A stretch of DNA of 64,000 bases from Chthonomonadales bacterium (GTDB taxonomy: Bacteria > Armatimonadota > Chthonomonadetes > Chthonomonadales > CAJBBX01), in the NCBI GenBank assembly GCA_037443035.1, contig JBBIPC010000005.1, positions 136,040 to 200,039 of the forward strand. Reading direction: 5' to 3'. A program made the translations under genes and the position numbers. Shown here piece after piece: positions 1 through 9,647 of the stretch. The notes below the pieces were generated by a model. That model saw only the letters and a list, made by a program, of their open reading frames with translations. It made no database searches and was not told the DNA's origin. The number at the start of each line of letters is the position of its first letter. The first letter of the stretch is position 1.

Positions 1-26
1 TGTTACAAGGGGAATGTATCTGTGGG

Positions 27-974
27 TCATTTGCCTTTCCTCCCTGACTGCGCCTTAGCCGAAGTGGGTCGCCGCTCTCTTGTCGGCTTCTTCTGTGTCT
101 CGACGGGAGCGGGCTCGATGCGGAGGACAGCCTTGACCTTGCTCGTGGTCTCGGCGGGTTCGTCCGTCGGCGTCTCCCCGACTATCGTCTCCGTGATGTT
201 CGCCTGCAGGGTCATCTGGCCTCGCAGGAGGCTGCCGGCCTTGGGATCGAAGACCATGACACCAGAGCCCTGGATGTTCCCCTTGCGAGTACGGGCCACC
301 TTGCCGCCGTCTTCCGGCGGCTTCTTGTCCGCGTCGAGTTTCTGATCCACCTCCATGGTGAACTCCTCGGCTACGCGCAACTCGCGCGCCTCCCTCGGTT
401 TGGTGCTGGGAAGGCGCAGTACCCTCGCTCTGAACTGCGCAGGTGCCCCCTCGGTGCCCAGCAGCTCGCTTCGATATTCCCACGTATCGCCGACCTTGAC
501 TCCTCTGTCAGGAAACACAACCGGACAGACCAGCGCATAGAGACGTTGAGGGTCCACGCCCGGTATGGACAGTGTGAAAGGCAGGGGTGGTCCGGCCTCT
601 GTGGCAATGACGGCTCCCGTCGGTGCGAAGGTCACGGTTCGGTCCAGGACCTTGTGCGCATCCTCCATGGGAACCGAAATCGGAATGCCAGCCACATCGG
701 CGTCGGCACTTTCGACGCGGAATTGTACCACCGCCTGTCCGTCCGGTTTCAGCTCGAGAACCTTCACCTGGTAAACGACCATGAGCTTCGCCTCGAGATC
801 CACAGGCTCGGTGCTCTGTAGCAGCGGCATAGAGCCACTGAGGTCTGCTCGCAGGACCAGTCTCGTTGTCTTGCCGGGTATCCAGCGGTACTGCATAGCC
901 ACATCCTGACCGCTGGTGCCTACAGCCATGTTGGCCAGCGCCATGGCCGCAAGCCACGCTCGCACTCGCATCAC
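27..974 (-). CDS. Hypothetical secreted beta-rich protein
   Basis: 315-aa ORF with signal-peptide-like N-terminus (RVRAWLAAMALANMAVG); GGAG SD-like upstream; follows phoR on the same strand. Confidence 0.75.
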   Translation of the reverse strand: MMRVRAWLAAMALANMAVGTSGQDVAMQYRWIPGKTTRLVLRADLSGSMPLLQSTEPVDLEAKLMVVYQVKVLELKPDGQAVVQFRVESADADVAGIPISVPMEDAHKVLDRTVTFAPTGAVIATEAGPPLPFTLSIPGVDPQRLYALVCPVVFPDRGVKVGDTWEYRSELLGTEGAPAQFRARVLRLPSTKPREARELRVAEEFTMEVDQKLDADKKPPEDGGKVARTRKGNIQGSGVMVFDPKAGSLLRGQMTLQANITETIVGETPTDEPAETTSKVKAVLRIEPAPVETQKKPTRERRPTSAKAQSGRKGK

Positions 975-1033
975 ATGTGTCTCCTAAGCTCTGCGGGGTC
1001 CGGCATCCACTGCCAACCAACCGCACACTCGTA

Positions 1034-2236
1034 TTATAGCTGTTGCACTTCCGGCGGGTCCGTGCCGTCAGTACCGGTCTCTGTCGCGCACGGAAGGCGT
1101 ACCGTGAACGTACTCCCGCGGGTGTACTCGGACTGAACCGCGACGCTCCCTCCGTGGGCCTCGACAATATGTTTGACGATGGAGAGACCCAGACCGGTGC
1201 CGCCGGACTGGCGCGATCTGGCCTTGTCAACCCGGAAGAAGCGCTCGAAGATGCGTGGCTGGTGCTCCTGAAGAATGCCGATGCCCGTATCGGCGACGCT
1301 CAGGATGGCCTGCCGTCCGTCACAACCCAGAGCTACCGAGATCGTGCCCCCCGCAGGGGTGTACTTGATGGCATTGTCCACGAGGTTCACGATGACCTGC
1401 TCCATCTGGTACGGATCTGCGAGAATGTGTACCTCGGTCGCCAGCTCATGCCGCAGGGTCAGCCCGGCGCGCTCCGCTTGAGGCTCCAGCCCCTCGACTA
1501 CACGGCGGCAGAGCTCTTCCAGGCTGACAGGACGAAGGTCTGGCGGCTTCGTTTCAGCATCTGAGAGTGTGAGCAGATCATCGGCAATCCGGGTCAGTCG
1601 GGCAGCTTCGGCCAAGATCGTGTCCAGAAACCTCGTCGCGACCTCCGGATCCTCCACTGCCCCATCCCGCAGAGTCTCCGCCATGGCCCGAATGGACGCC
1701 ATGGGAGTTCGCAGTTCATGGGAGACGTTGGCGACGAATTCGCGGCGCAGGGCTTCGACCCTTTTCAGTTCGGACTGATCGTCGGCGAGAACGAGCCAGC
1801 CCCCCTCACCAACCGGCACCACCGTCACGGTGACCGTGCCTGCTCCAGGACCCATGCGGCGGATCTCGGCGGTGTGGTGTCTTCCGCTTGTTCGGACGAC
1901 GTCCACCAGCTTGCACAGCTCGGTGCTTACAGTTGCCTCGGGAAGCGGCATGCCCTTAGGCTCGCTGCGGGCAAGATCCAACAGGCGCACGGCGCTGGCA
2001 TTGGCCGCCTGAATGACGAGCCGGTCATCCAACAGCAGGATGCCTGCGCTCGTATGTGCGAGTAGCGCGTTGAACAGCGCTCGCAGGCTCCGAATGTCTT
2101 CTTCGTTCTCCTGGAGCTTCGCCGTGAGGTGTCGAACCTGGCGGCTACATGCAGCGGCACGACGCTGCTGCATGTACAGTGCCACAATCGCCCCGGCAGC
2201 GAGAGCTGCTGCGCCGATCGCTAGTATCCCGACCAT
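1034..2236 (-). CDS. phoR: Phosphate regulon sensor histidine kinase (TM-PAS-HisKA-HATPase)
   Basis: FVANVSHELRTP H-box, NLVDNAIKY N-box, DTGIGI, RIFERFFRVDKARSR, GGTGLGLSIVKH; adjacent to the pst operon. Confidence 0.93.
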   Translation of the reverse strand: MVGILAIGAAALAAGAIVALYMQQRRAAACSRQVRHLTAKLQENEEDIRSLRALFNALLAHTSAGILLLDDRLVIQAANASAVRLLDLARSEPKGMPLPEATVSTELCKLVDVVRTSGRHHTAEIRRMGPGAGTVTVTVVPVGEGGWLVLADDQSELKRVEALRREFVANVSHELRTPMASIRAMAETLRDGAVEDPEVATRFLDTILAEAARLTRIADDLLTLSDAETKPPDLRPVSLEELCRRVVEGLEPQAERAGLTLRHELATEVHILADPYQMEQVIVNLVDNAIKYTPAGGTISVALGCDGRQAILSVADTGIGILQEHQPRIFERFFRVDKARSRQSGGTGLGLSIVKHIVEAHGGSVAVQSEYTRGSTFTVRLPCATETGTDGTDPPEVQQL

Positions 2237-2245
2237 GGGATGCTT

Positions 2246-2932
2246 CTACCTGCTGACCAACTTGTAGCCTACACCACGAACGGTGAGGAGCCGCCGAGGA
2301 TTGCTCGGATCTTCCTCGATCTTCTCGCGAAGCCACCGTACATGCACGTCCACCGTACGTACGCCGACGTACGCATCTTCGCCCCAGACCTTATCCAGAA
2401 GCGTGATTCGATCGAAGACGCGATCGGGATGGCGAACCAGGAAGTAGAGCAGCTCGAACTCGAGCCTGGACATCGTCACCATGCGATCGCCAACCTTGAC
2501 TTCGCGCCGCGTGGGGCTGACATGAATGTCTCCGCACTGCACGTCGGCAGTGGCCGGCCTCTTGACTTCGCCTGAAGTACGACGCAAGAGGCTCTTGACA
2601 CGGGCCATGAGCTCACGCATGCTGAACGGCTTGACCACATAGTCGTCGGCGCCCAGTTCCAGTCCCACGACCCTGTCTGTCTCTTCAGCCCGCGCTGTGA
2701 GCATGATGATGGGCACATCGGAGACCTTGCGAATCTGGCGGCAGACTTCCAGGCCGCTGGCCGACGGCAGCATGATGTCGAGAATGACCAGCGCGGGCTG
2801 CTCGCGACGGAACAGGCTCAATGCCTCGTCTGCATCCCCGGCCGGAATAGCGTGGAAGCCTTCCTTTCGGAGGTTGTAACTCACAGCCTCGACGATCGGT
2901 CGCTCGTCATCCACCACAAGAATGTTAGCCAT
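2246..2932 (-). CDS. phoB: OmpR-family response regulator PhoB/PhoP
   Basis: ILVVDDE, LDIMLP, GADDYVVKPF, RTVDVHVRWLREKIE, TVRGVGY; start taken at ATG 2932 (MANILVV). Confidence 0.92.
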   Translation of the reverse strand: MANILVVDDERPIVEAVSYNLRKEGFHAIPAGDADEALSLFRREQPALVILDIMLPSASGLEVCRQIRKVSDVPIIMLTARAEETDRVVGLELGADDYVVKPFSMRELMARVKSLLRRTSGEVKRPATADVQCGDIHVSPTRREVKVGDRMVTMSRLEFELLYFLVRHPDRVFDRITLLDKVWGEDAYVGVRTVDVHVRWLREKIEEDPSNPRRLLTVRGVGYKLVSR

Positions 2933-2986
2933 GGTGACGAAAAGTATACAGCCTTTCCGAATGAGCCGGAAGAGCTGTGCATGCAA

Positions 2987-3030
2987 CTTAAACTACATTT
3001 CCGGAAGGCATAAACCGTTCTTAATCTTCA
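2987..3030. promoter_or_regulatory. Candidate Pho box (11-bp-phased direct repeats)
   Basis: CTTAAACT at 2987, CATAAACC at 3009, CTTAATCT at 3020 (spacings 22 and 11) between phoB and pstS. Confidence 0.6.
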
Positions 3031-3116
3031 GCGCAAAGAATCCGATGGTACTCCGCTCTGGATGACCGTTCCGCGGAACATCCATAGGGGCGGAAGATGG
3101 AGGCATCGAACCAACC

Positions 3117-3986
3117 ATGACACGAACGATTAGTCTCATGTTAACACTAGGAATCGTTGGCCTGGTGCCCGGCTGCAGGGCGCCGAGCAAAGAGAAGGCT
3201 CAGCAGCAGGCGCTCACCGTCAAGGGCTCGGACACCATGGTCCAGCTCGCACAGGCATGGGCCGAGGCGTTCATGCAGGAGCATCCCGAGATAGCAGTCT
3301 CCGTGACGGGCGGAGGATCCAACACGGGCATCGCAGCACTCATGAATCGCGGCACGGACATCTGCAACTCATCCCGTGAGATCGCTGCAAGCGAGAAAGA
3401 GGCTGCGAAGGCCAAGGGCCTGGACCTCCAGGAGTTCGTCGTGGGGCAAGACGCCCTTGCCGTCGTCGTGCACCCCCAGAATCCTGTCTCGGAGCTGAGC
3501 TTGGCCCAGCTCAAGGACATCTTCACAGGCAAGATCAAGAACTGGAAGGAAGTCGGTGGCACCGACAAGGCCATCGTCCTCAACTCCCGCGAGACATCCT
3601 CCGGCACCTACGTATTCTTCCAGGAGCATGTGCTGGGGAAAGGCGTCCCGTTCGCTAGTACTGCCATGCTACAGCCCGCCACCTCTCAGATAGTCGCTAC
3701 TGTCGCCCAGGATACTGGCGGCATTGGCTATGTCGGCCTGGGATACGTCACAGATCAGGTCAAGGCTCTGAAGCTGAAGAAGGATGATTCGTCACCTGCC
3801 GTGGCCCCCAACGTCGCGGATGTCCTGAACAAGACGTATCCTCTTGCCAGGCCATTGTTCGAGTATACGGCGGGCCGGCCATCAGGAGCCGCCAAGGTAT
3901 GGCTGGACTGGGTCCTGAGCACCAAGGGGCAAGCCATCGTGAAGAAGCTCGACTTCGTGCCCATCGCCACGGAGACGACGAAGTAG
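3117..3986 (+). CDS. pstS: Phosphate ABC transporter substrate-binding lipoprotein
   Basis: Lipobox-like VPGC; KGSDTM, VTGGGSNTGI, SRETSSGTYVFF, YPLARPLF. Confidence 0.95.
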   Translation: MTRTISLMLTLGIVGLVPGCRAPSKEKAQQQALTVKGSDTMVQLAQAWAEAFMQEHPEIAVSVTGGGSNTGIAALMNRGTDICNSSREIAASEKEAAKAKGLDLQEFVVGQDALAVVVHPQNPVSELSLAQLKDIFTGKIKNWKEVGGTDKAIVLNSRETSSGTYVFFQEHVLGKGVPFASTAMLQPATSQIVATVAQDTGGIGYVGLGYVTDQVKALKLKKDDSSPAVAPNVADVLNKTYPLARPLFEYTAGRPSGAAKVWLDWVLSTKGQAIVKKLDFVPIATETTK

Positions 3987-3990
3987 ACCC

Positions 3991-4911
3991 GTGAATCGCC
4001 GGTTCTTACGAAAGATCGCCGAGCCCGTCATCGAGGCCGCCATCCGTGCGTCGGGCGTGGCCTCGATCGTCCTAGTGCTGTCGATCTTCGCCTTCGTGTT
4101 CCGGGAAGGACTGCCGCTGTTCAGTGAGTACCCGCTGACCAAGTTTCTCACCGAGCGCGGTTGGCAGCCAACATTGGCGCCTCCGGTCGGGCCATGGTTT
4201 GGGCTCCTGCCGAACTTGTGGGGATCGGTCCTCGTAACAACTGGCGCTGCGATGCTGGCTATCCCACTCGGCGTCGGTTCGGCTCTCTGCCTGGCTGAGG
4301 CATCCCCGCGGATTCTGCGAGATATTCTGAAGCCGATCGTCGAGCTCGTGGCCACGTTGCCTTCCGTGGCAATTGGCTTTGTGGGCGCAGCAGCCGTGAA
4401 CCCGATGGTCAAGGAGTTGTTCCATCTCGATACAGGCAAGAGCGCCCTGGCCGGCTCCGTGATGCTCGCCTTCATGGCCATTCCGACCATCGTGACGATC
4501 GCCGATGACGCTTTGGTGGCGGTGCCGAGGAGTTTTCGCGAGGGATCGCTTGCCCTAGGTGCAACACGCTGGCAAGGTATCTCGCGAGTCGTCGTCCCCT
4601 CCGCCATGCCGGGCATCGTCGCTGCCATCATGCTCGGTGTGGGGAGGGCGATCGGGGAAACGATGGTAGTCATCATGGTGACGGGCAACGCTGGCGTGCT
4701 GCCCGAGCACGGCATCTGGTACGCTTTCACGCATTCTGTGCGCACCATCACGGGCACCATCGGGGCGGAAGCTCTGGAGGTCGCCCACGGGGACGCCCAT
4801 TACCGTGCACTGTTCATGCTGGGTGTGGTGCTGTTCCTGATCACATTTGCCCTGAACACGGCGGCGGACCTGGCACTGCGACGCCTTCCGAAGAGGTCGG
4901 TTGGCGGATGA
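3991..4911 (+). CDS. pstC: Phosphate ABC transporter permease
   Basis: Multi-TM; ELVATLPSV, REGSLALGATRWQ, GRAIGETMVVIMVTGN. Confidence 0.95.
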   Translation: MNRRFLRKIAEPVIEAAIRASGVASIVLVLSIFAFVFREGLPLFSEYPLTKFLTERGWQPTLAPPVGPWFGLLPNLWGSVLVTTGAAMLAIPLGVGSALCLAEASPRILRDILKPIVELVATLPSVAIGFVGAAAVNPMVKELFHLDTGKSALAGSVMLAFMAIPTIVTIADDALVAVPRSFREGSLALGATRWQGISRVVVPSAMPGIVAAIMLGVGRAIGETMVVIMVTGNAGVLPEHGIWYAFTHSVRTITGTIGAEALEVAHGDAHYRALFMLGVVLFLITFALNTAADLALRRLPKRSVGG

Positions 4912-5849
4912 TCGTCCTCAGCACTGCCGAATCATCTGCAGGCGTTTCCAAGCGTATCGCTGCGAACCTGCGCCGCGAGAGAATCGCCTTCGCGTTGCTG
5001 TACGTGACCATGGGCATGGTGGTTCTCCCCGTGCTCTGGCTCATCGGCTACATTGTCTACCACGGGATCGGGCAGATCAACTGGGGGTTTCTCACCCAGT
5101 CGCCAAGAGCCGTGGATGCCGGAGGCGGGCTGTTCCCCGCCATCGTGGGGACTTTCTATCTGATGATCGGCACCATCGCCATCGCGCTGCCACTTGGGGT
5201 AGGTGGCGCGATCTACCTCACAGAGTACGCAAAACGATCCCGAATCGTGAGGTTGGTTCGCATGGCGATCGTGAACCTGGCGGGTGTGCCATCCATCGTG
5301 CACGGCCTCTTCGGCCTAGGGTTCTTCGTGCTGTTCATCGGAGGCAGCATCGACCGTTTCCTGCTACATACCGACACCCCCGTGTGGGGTCAGCCATGTC
5401 TTCTCTGGGGCTTTTGTACCCTGGCGGTAGTGATCCTACCCGTCATCATCACAACCACCGAGGAGGCTCTCCTGAGCGTTCCTACCTCGTTCCGCGAGGC
5501 TTCACTCGGACTAGGCGCCACACGACTGCAGACCATCCGACGCGTGGTGCTACCGACGGCGCTCCCAGGAATCCTCACAGGCGCGATCTTGGGCATAGGA
5601 CGCGCGGCGGGTGAGACCGCGCCGGTCATGCTCACATGCGCCGCGTCGTTCAAGCCATTCCTGCCCCAGGGGCTGAACGACTCCGCCATGCTCCTGCCGT
5701 ACCACCTCTACTTTGTCGTCACCCAGGTACCCAATCCGAGCGTGCGGCTTCAGGCCGGCATTGCGCTCGTGCTCGTGGCCCTCGTGCTCTGCATCAATAT
5801 CACCGCAGTAGTTCTGCGCATCCGTGCCGCACGCCGACGCCGATGGTGA
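4908..5849 (+). CDS. pstA: Phosphate ABC transporter permease
   Basis: NLAGVPSIVHGLFG, REASLGLGATR, GRAAGETAP; ATGA overlap with pstC. Confidence 0.95.
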   Translation: MIVLSTAESSAGVSKRIAANLRRERIAFALLYVTMGMVVLPVLWLIGYIVYHGIGQINWGFLTQSPRAVDAGGGLFPAIVGTFYLMIGTIAIALPLGVGGAIYLTEYAKRSRIVRLVRMAIVNLAGVPSIVHGLFGLGFFVLFIGGSIDRFLLHTDTPVWGQPCLLWGFCTLAVVILPVIITTTEEALLSVPTSFREASLGLGATRLQTIRRVVLPTALPGILTGAILGIGRAAGETAPVMLTCAASFKPFLPQGLNDSAMLLPYHLYFVVTQVPNPSVRLQAGIALVLVALVLCINITAVVLRIRAARRRRW

Positions 5850-6068
5850 TACACCGAGCTGAGAGGCGACGTAGGCCGGTACACATCGTAAGAAGGTCTA
5901 CTGCGGAGTCTGGCGCATGGTATAGGCCATGGCACGAGAAGGTACAGTACTGCCCATGGAGACGGTGTAGGATGCGCTCTGTCTGTGAGGCGCATTAGAT
6001 CGCCGTGGCATGTTGGCCTATCGTGGGGTTGGCAGCAACCGATTGGATACGAACGGAGTGCATGACGA

Positions 6069-6890
6069 GTGATTGCTGAGATATCGGAGCCCAAGATGCA
6101 GGCTGGTCCACAATCGCCAGTACTGGCACCTGCCGACCGCACCAAGATCGCTGTGCGCGGCCTGAACTTCTATTACGGCGGCGTCCAGGCCCTGTTCGAC
6201 AACAATCTGGACATCTGCCAAAGGGAGGTCACGGCCCTGATTGGCCCGTCTGGGTGTGGCAAGTCCACGTTCCTGCGGACGCTGAACCGGATGAACGATG
6301 AAATACCCGATACCCGCCTGACAGGTCAGGTTCTGCTGGATGGACAGGACATCTACGCTCCCATGGCCGACAAGGTCCTGCTTCGTCGGCGCGTAGGCAT
6401 GGTCTTCCAGAAGCCGAATCCCTTTCCTAAGTCAGTCTTCGAGAACGTCGTCTACGGTCCACGTGTCCATGGTGAGAACCGCCGGTCCCGGTTGGAGGAG
6501 ATCGCCGAGGCCAGTCTGCGACGGGCCGCTCTGTGGGAGGAAGTCAAAGATAGCTTGCACAAGTCGGCGTTCGAGCTGTCCGGGGGGCAGCAGCAGCGGC
6601 TTTGCATCGCCAGGGTGCTGGCAGTGGAGCCCGAAGTCCTGCTCATGGACGAACCCTGTTCGGCTCTCGATCCGGTATCCACTTTCCGCATAGAGGAGCT
6701 CATGCGGGAGCTGGCGAACGAAATCACGATAGTCATCGTAACGCATAACATGCAGCAGGCCGCCCGCGTCTCCGATACCACGGGGTTCTTCTTGAAAGGA
6801 GAGCTGATCGAGGTGGGTCCCACCGAGGTCCTCTTCAGCCGGCCCCGGGACAAGCGCACCGAGGACTACATTCAGGGGCGTTTTGGCTAA
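6069..6890 (+). CDS. pstB: Phosphate ABC transporter ATPase
   Basis: [56 protein letters not shown]; start may be ATG 6096. Confidence 0.97.
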   Translation: MIAEISEPKMQAGPQSPVLAPADRTKIAVRGLNFYYGGVQALFDNNLDICQREVTALIGPSGCGKSTFLRTLNRMNDEIPDTRLTGQVLLDGQDIYAPMADKVLLRRRVGMVFQKPNPFPKSVFENVVYGPRVHGENRRSRLEEIAEASLRRAALWEEVKDSLHKSAFELSGGQQQRLCIARVLAVEPEVLLMDEPCSALDPVSTFRIEELMRELANEITIVIVTHNMQQAARVSDTTGFFLKGELIEVGPTEVLFSRPRDKRTEDYIQGRFG

Positions 6891-6956
6891 GGCTACGCGG
6901 CAGCAGATCGCGCCAGGCGGCGCTGTTTCGGTCCGCTAGCAGGCAAGGATAGGCCA

Positions 6957-7652
6957 ATGGGAACAACACGGGCACTGTTCGACGAACAACTCTCGCAACT
7001 CCGCTCCCATGTGCAGGAAATGGGTACGACCCTCGACACGATGCTGGAGACGGCAGTCAGGGCTGTGACCGAGCAGAATGAGGCCCTGACAAGCGAGGTC
7101 CTAGCCGCAGAGGACGAGATAGACCGCCTCGATGCGTTGGTAGAGGAGGCCTGCCTCCGTCTCATCTCCTTGCAGCAGCCCGTGGCAAGCGACCTGCGGG
7201 AGATCGGCACGGCGTTCAAGATCGTCACAGATCTGGAGCGGGTGGGCGATTACGCCGTGGACATCGCCAAGATCGGTCGGCGCATAGCGCGGCGTGGGTT
7301 GCTCTACAAGCCAATCGTGGATCTTCCACGACTCACCGACCTCGTGCGCACCATGCTCAAGGATGCCATGATCGCTTATGTTGCTCGCGATCCCGCAATC
7401 GTGCAGGGCATCGTTGCTGCAGATGACGTGGTAGACGACGTGTACCATCAATACAGGGACCATGCGATCGAGGCAATGCGCCAGGACACCACGCTCGTCT
7501 ATCTGGGCACATTTGTCGTGCTCGCGACGAAGTACCTCGAGCGTGCAGGAGACCATCTCGTCAACGTCGCGGAGCGCGTCCACTACCTGATCACTGGCGA
7601 GCTGGTGCCCCTGGCAAAGGTACGGAAGCGGAGCATGACTCACGGAGCCTGA
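6957..7652 (+). CDS. phoU: Phosphate signalling protein PhoU
   Basis: QQPVASDLR, DLERVGDYA, YLERAGDHLVNVAE. Confidence 0.95.
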   Translation: MGTTRALFDEQLSQLRSHVQEMGTTLDTMLETAVRAVTEQNEALTSEVLAAEDEIDRLDALVEEACLRLISLQQPVASDLREIGTAFKIVTDLERVGDYAVDIAKIGRRIARRGLLYKPIVDLPRLTDLVRTMLKDAMIAYVARDPAIVQGIVAADDVVDDVYHQYRDHAIEAMRQDTTLVYLGTFVVLATKYLERAGDHLVNVAERVHYLITGELVPLAKVRKRSMTHGA

Positions 7653-7659
7653 CCGCCTC

Positions 7660-8334
7660 ATGTCTCCACTTCGTGAGAGGATCATCGCAATCAGAGAACG
7701 CATCGCCAGGGCGTCCGATCGCGTTGGGCGGCATCCGGCGTCGGTCACGCTCGTGGCGGTCACGAAAACCGTGCCAGTCGAGCGGATTCGCGAGGCCGCA
7801 GACGCGGGCCTGACCGACTTCGGCGAAAACTACGTGCAAGAGGCCATGCCGAAGCTGGCCGCCATAGGGCCAGGGGTCCGATGGCACTTCATCGGTCACC
7901 TCCAGAGCAACAAGGCCAAGTTCGTGGTCGGAGCCTTCCATCTCGTTCACAGCGTCGACTCCGCATCCCTCGCCAAGGAACTAGCCAAGCGTGCGCGCAA
8001 CGCAGGCGTAGTTCAAGACATTCTCATCGAGGTGCGCATAGATCCGGCCGAGACGAAGTCAGGCGTCTTGCCGGAAGCGCTGCCCGAGCTGGCCGATGCG
8101 ATCCTCGCGTTGCCGAACCTACGCCTCCGAGGTCTCATGGGTATGCCTCCGCTGTTCGCTGACCCCGAGCAGGCGCGTCCGTACTTCCGCCGGTTGCGCG
8201 AGCTGAGCGATGTCCTACCCGCTGCATGTCGTCAGGACCTCTCCATGGGCATGAGCGGAGACTTCGAAGTGGCCATCGAAGAAGGCGCCACGATCGTTCG
8301 TGTGGGGACCGCCATCTTCGGCCCCAGGAGTTAG
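7660..8334 (+). CDS. yggS: PLP homeostasis protein (YggS family)
   Basis: LVAVTK, FGENYVQEA, WHFIGHLQSNK, LSMGMSGDF, VRVGTAIFG. Confidence 0.96.
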   Translation: MSPLRERIIAIRERIARASDRVGRHPASVTLVAVTKTVPVERIREAADAGLTDFGENYVQEAMPKLAAIGPGVRWHFIGHLQSNKAKFVVGAFHLVHSVDSASLAKELAKRARNAGVVQDILIEVRIDPAETKSGVLPEALPELADAILALPNLRLRGLMGMPPLFADPEQARPYFRRLRELSDVLPAACRQDLSMGMSGDFEVAIEEGATIVRVGTAIFGPRS

Positions 8335-8380
8335 GTTCGCGGCGGGTATACTGAACCCATCTTCCATCGAGGTTGTGTGC

Positions 8381-9262
8381 ATGCTCGAACCTGTGTATCT
8401 CAACGGCAAGATCATCCCTGCGGCGGATGCGCATATCGGTATCTACGACCACGGCTTCCTGTACGGGGACGGAGTGTTCGAGGGGATACGCGCCTACGAT
8501 GGACGCGTCTTCAAGCTCGATGAGCATGTTCGACGGCTCTACCGATCGGCTCTGGCTCTGGCCATCGAGATACCCTTGACACAGGAAGAGTTCCGCGACG
8601 CTATCCTCCGGACGGTCCGTGCGAGCGGTCTGCGTAGCTGCTACATTCGTGTGTCCGTCTCCCGAGGGACGGGTATCGGCTTGGATCCGAGCCACATCGA
8701 TCGGACACCGACGGTCGTGATCTCGACCCAACAGCTCCGCCTGTATCCACCGGCGATGTACGAGAACGGTCTGGACGTCATTACCGCCTCGACGCGAGTC
8801 CCACCGGCAGTCTGTATAGACCCCCAGATCAAGTCCTTGGGACGTTACATCAACAACATTCTGGCGAAGATGGAGGCCAACAGGGTTGGGGCCGGAGAGG
8901 CCATCATGCTGAATATGGCAGGCAATGTGGCGGAGGCTACGGGTGACAACCTCTTCCTTGTGCGGGATGGCGAGATCATTACTCCGCCCACGTCGGAAGG
9001 CGCCCTTATCGGGATCACGCGCCAGACCGTGATAGAGTTGGCGAAGGGCATGGGCATACCCGTGCGCGAAGCGGTGGTGACGCTCTACGACTGCTACAAC
9101 GCCGATGAGGCGTTCCTCACCGGCACCGCAGCCGAGGTGATACCCATGGTTCGGCATGACCAGCGTACGATCGGCGATGGAAAGCCCGGCACGGTAACCC
9201 GAGCCATCATGGACGCCTTCCATCAGTGCACCTCCTCAGAAGGAGCTCCAGTCTACGACTGA
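8381..9262 (+). CDS. ilvE: Branched-chain amino acid aminotransferase (class IV)
   Basis: DHGFLYGDGVFEGIRAY, EATGDNLF, GITRQTV, ADEAFLTGTAAEVIP; start ATG 8381. Confidence 0.92.
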   Translation: MLEPVYLNGKIIPAADAHIGIYDHGFLYGDGVFEGIRAYDGRVFKLDEHVRRLYRSALALAIEIPLTQEEFRDAILRTVRASGLRSCYIRVSVSRGTGIGLDPSHIDRTPTVVISTQQLRLYPPAMYENGLDVITASTRVPPAVCIDPQIKSLGRYINNILAKMEANRVGAGEAIMLNMAGNVAEATGDNLFLVRDGEIITPPTSEGALIGITRQTVIELAKGMGIPVREAVVTLYDCYNADEAFLTGTAAEVIPMVRHDQRTIGDGKPGTVTRAIMDAFHQCTSSEGAPVYD

Positions 9263-9647
9263 GCGCGTTCCCCCGGACGATGGCCGACGGGCGGCCGAAC
9301 CAAGCGGTGAGGCACGCGACGAAACGCCACGATGCTCGGAGTGCGGCTCCAGCGAGCGGATCGCGATACTGACCGCTGGCGACAGGCGTCAGATGTACTG
9401 CCTACCGTGTCTGCAGTTGCGCGCGGGACCAGGACTCCAGAGGGTCATCGCTTTCTACGAGCGTCTTGCCGTGCCAGCAGGCTCGCCGTCGGGTCCCAGG
9501 GCAGTCGGCCAGGACCTGGAGATCTGCCCCAAATGTGGTATGACCCGCATCGAGGCCACGGAATCAGGAATGATGGGGTGTTCGGGCTGCTATGACGCGT
9601 TCGCTGCTTCGGTGATAGCGCTGCTCGACGCGATGTACCGATCCTAA
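9255..9647 (+). CDS. mcsA: McsA-like zinc-binding protein (four CxxC, no UVR domain); probable non-canonical ACG start
   Basis: Frame open upstream of the listed ATG 9393 and contains CSEC at 9333; then CLPC, CPKC, GCSGCYDAF; directly upstream of mcsB-clpC. Confidence 0.7.
   Translation, partial: TTERVPPDDGRRAAEPSGEARDETPRCSECGSSERIAILTAGDRRQMYCLPCLQLRAGPGLQRVIAFYERLAVPAGSPSGPRAVGQDLEICPKCGMTRIEATESGMMGCSGCYDAFAASVIALLDAMYRS

Noticed and set aside
5850..6068. 219-nt gap between pstA and pstB as an inserted element or sRNA
   Set aside because: No convincing repeat, hairpin, Pho-box repeat or ORF found by eye
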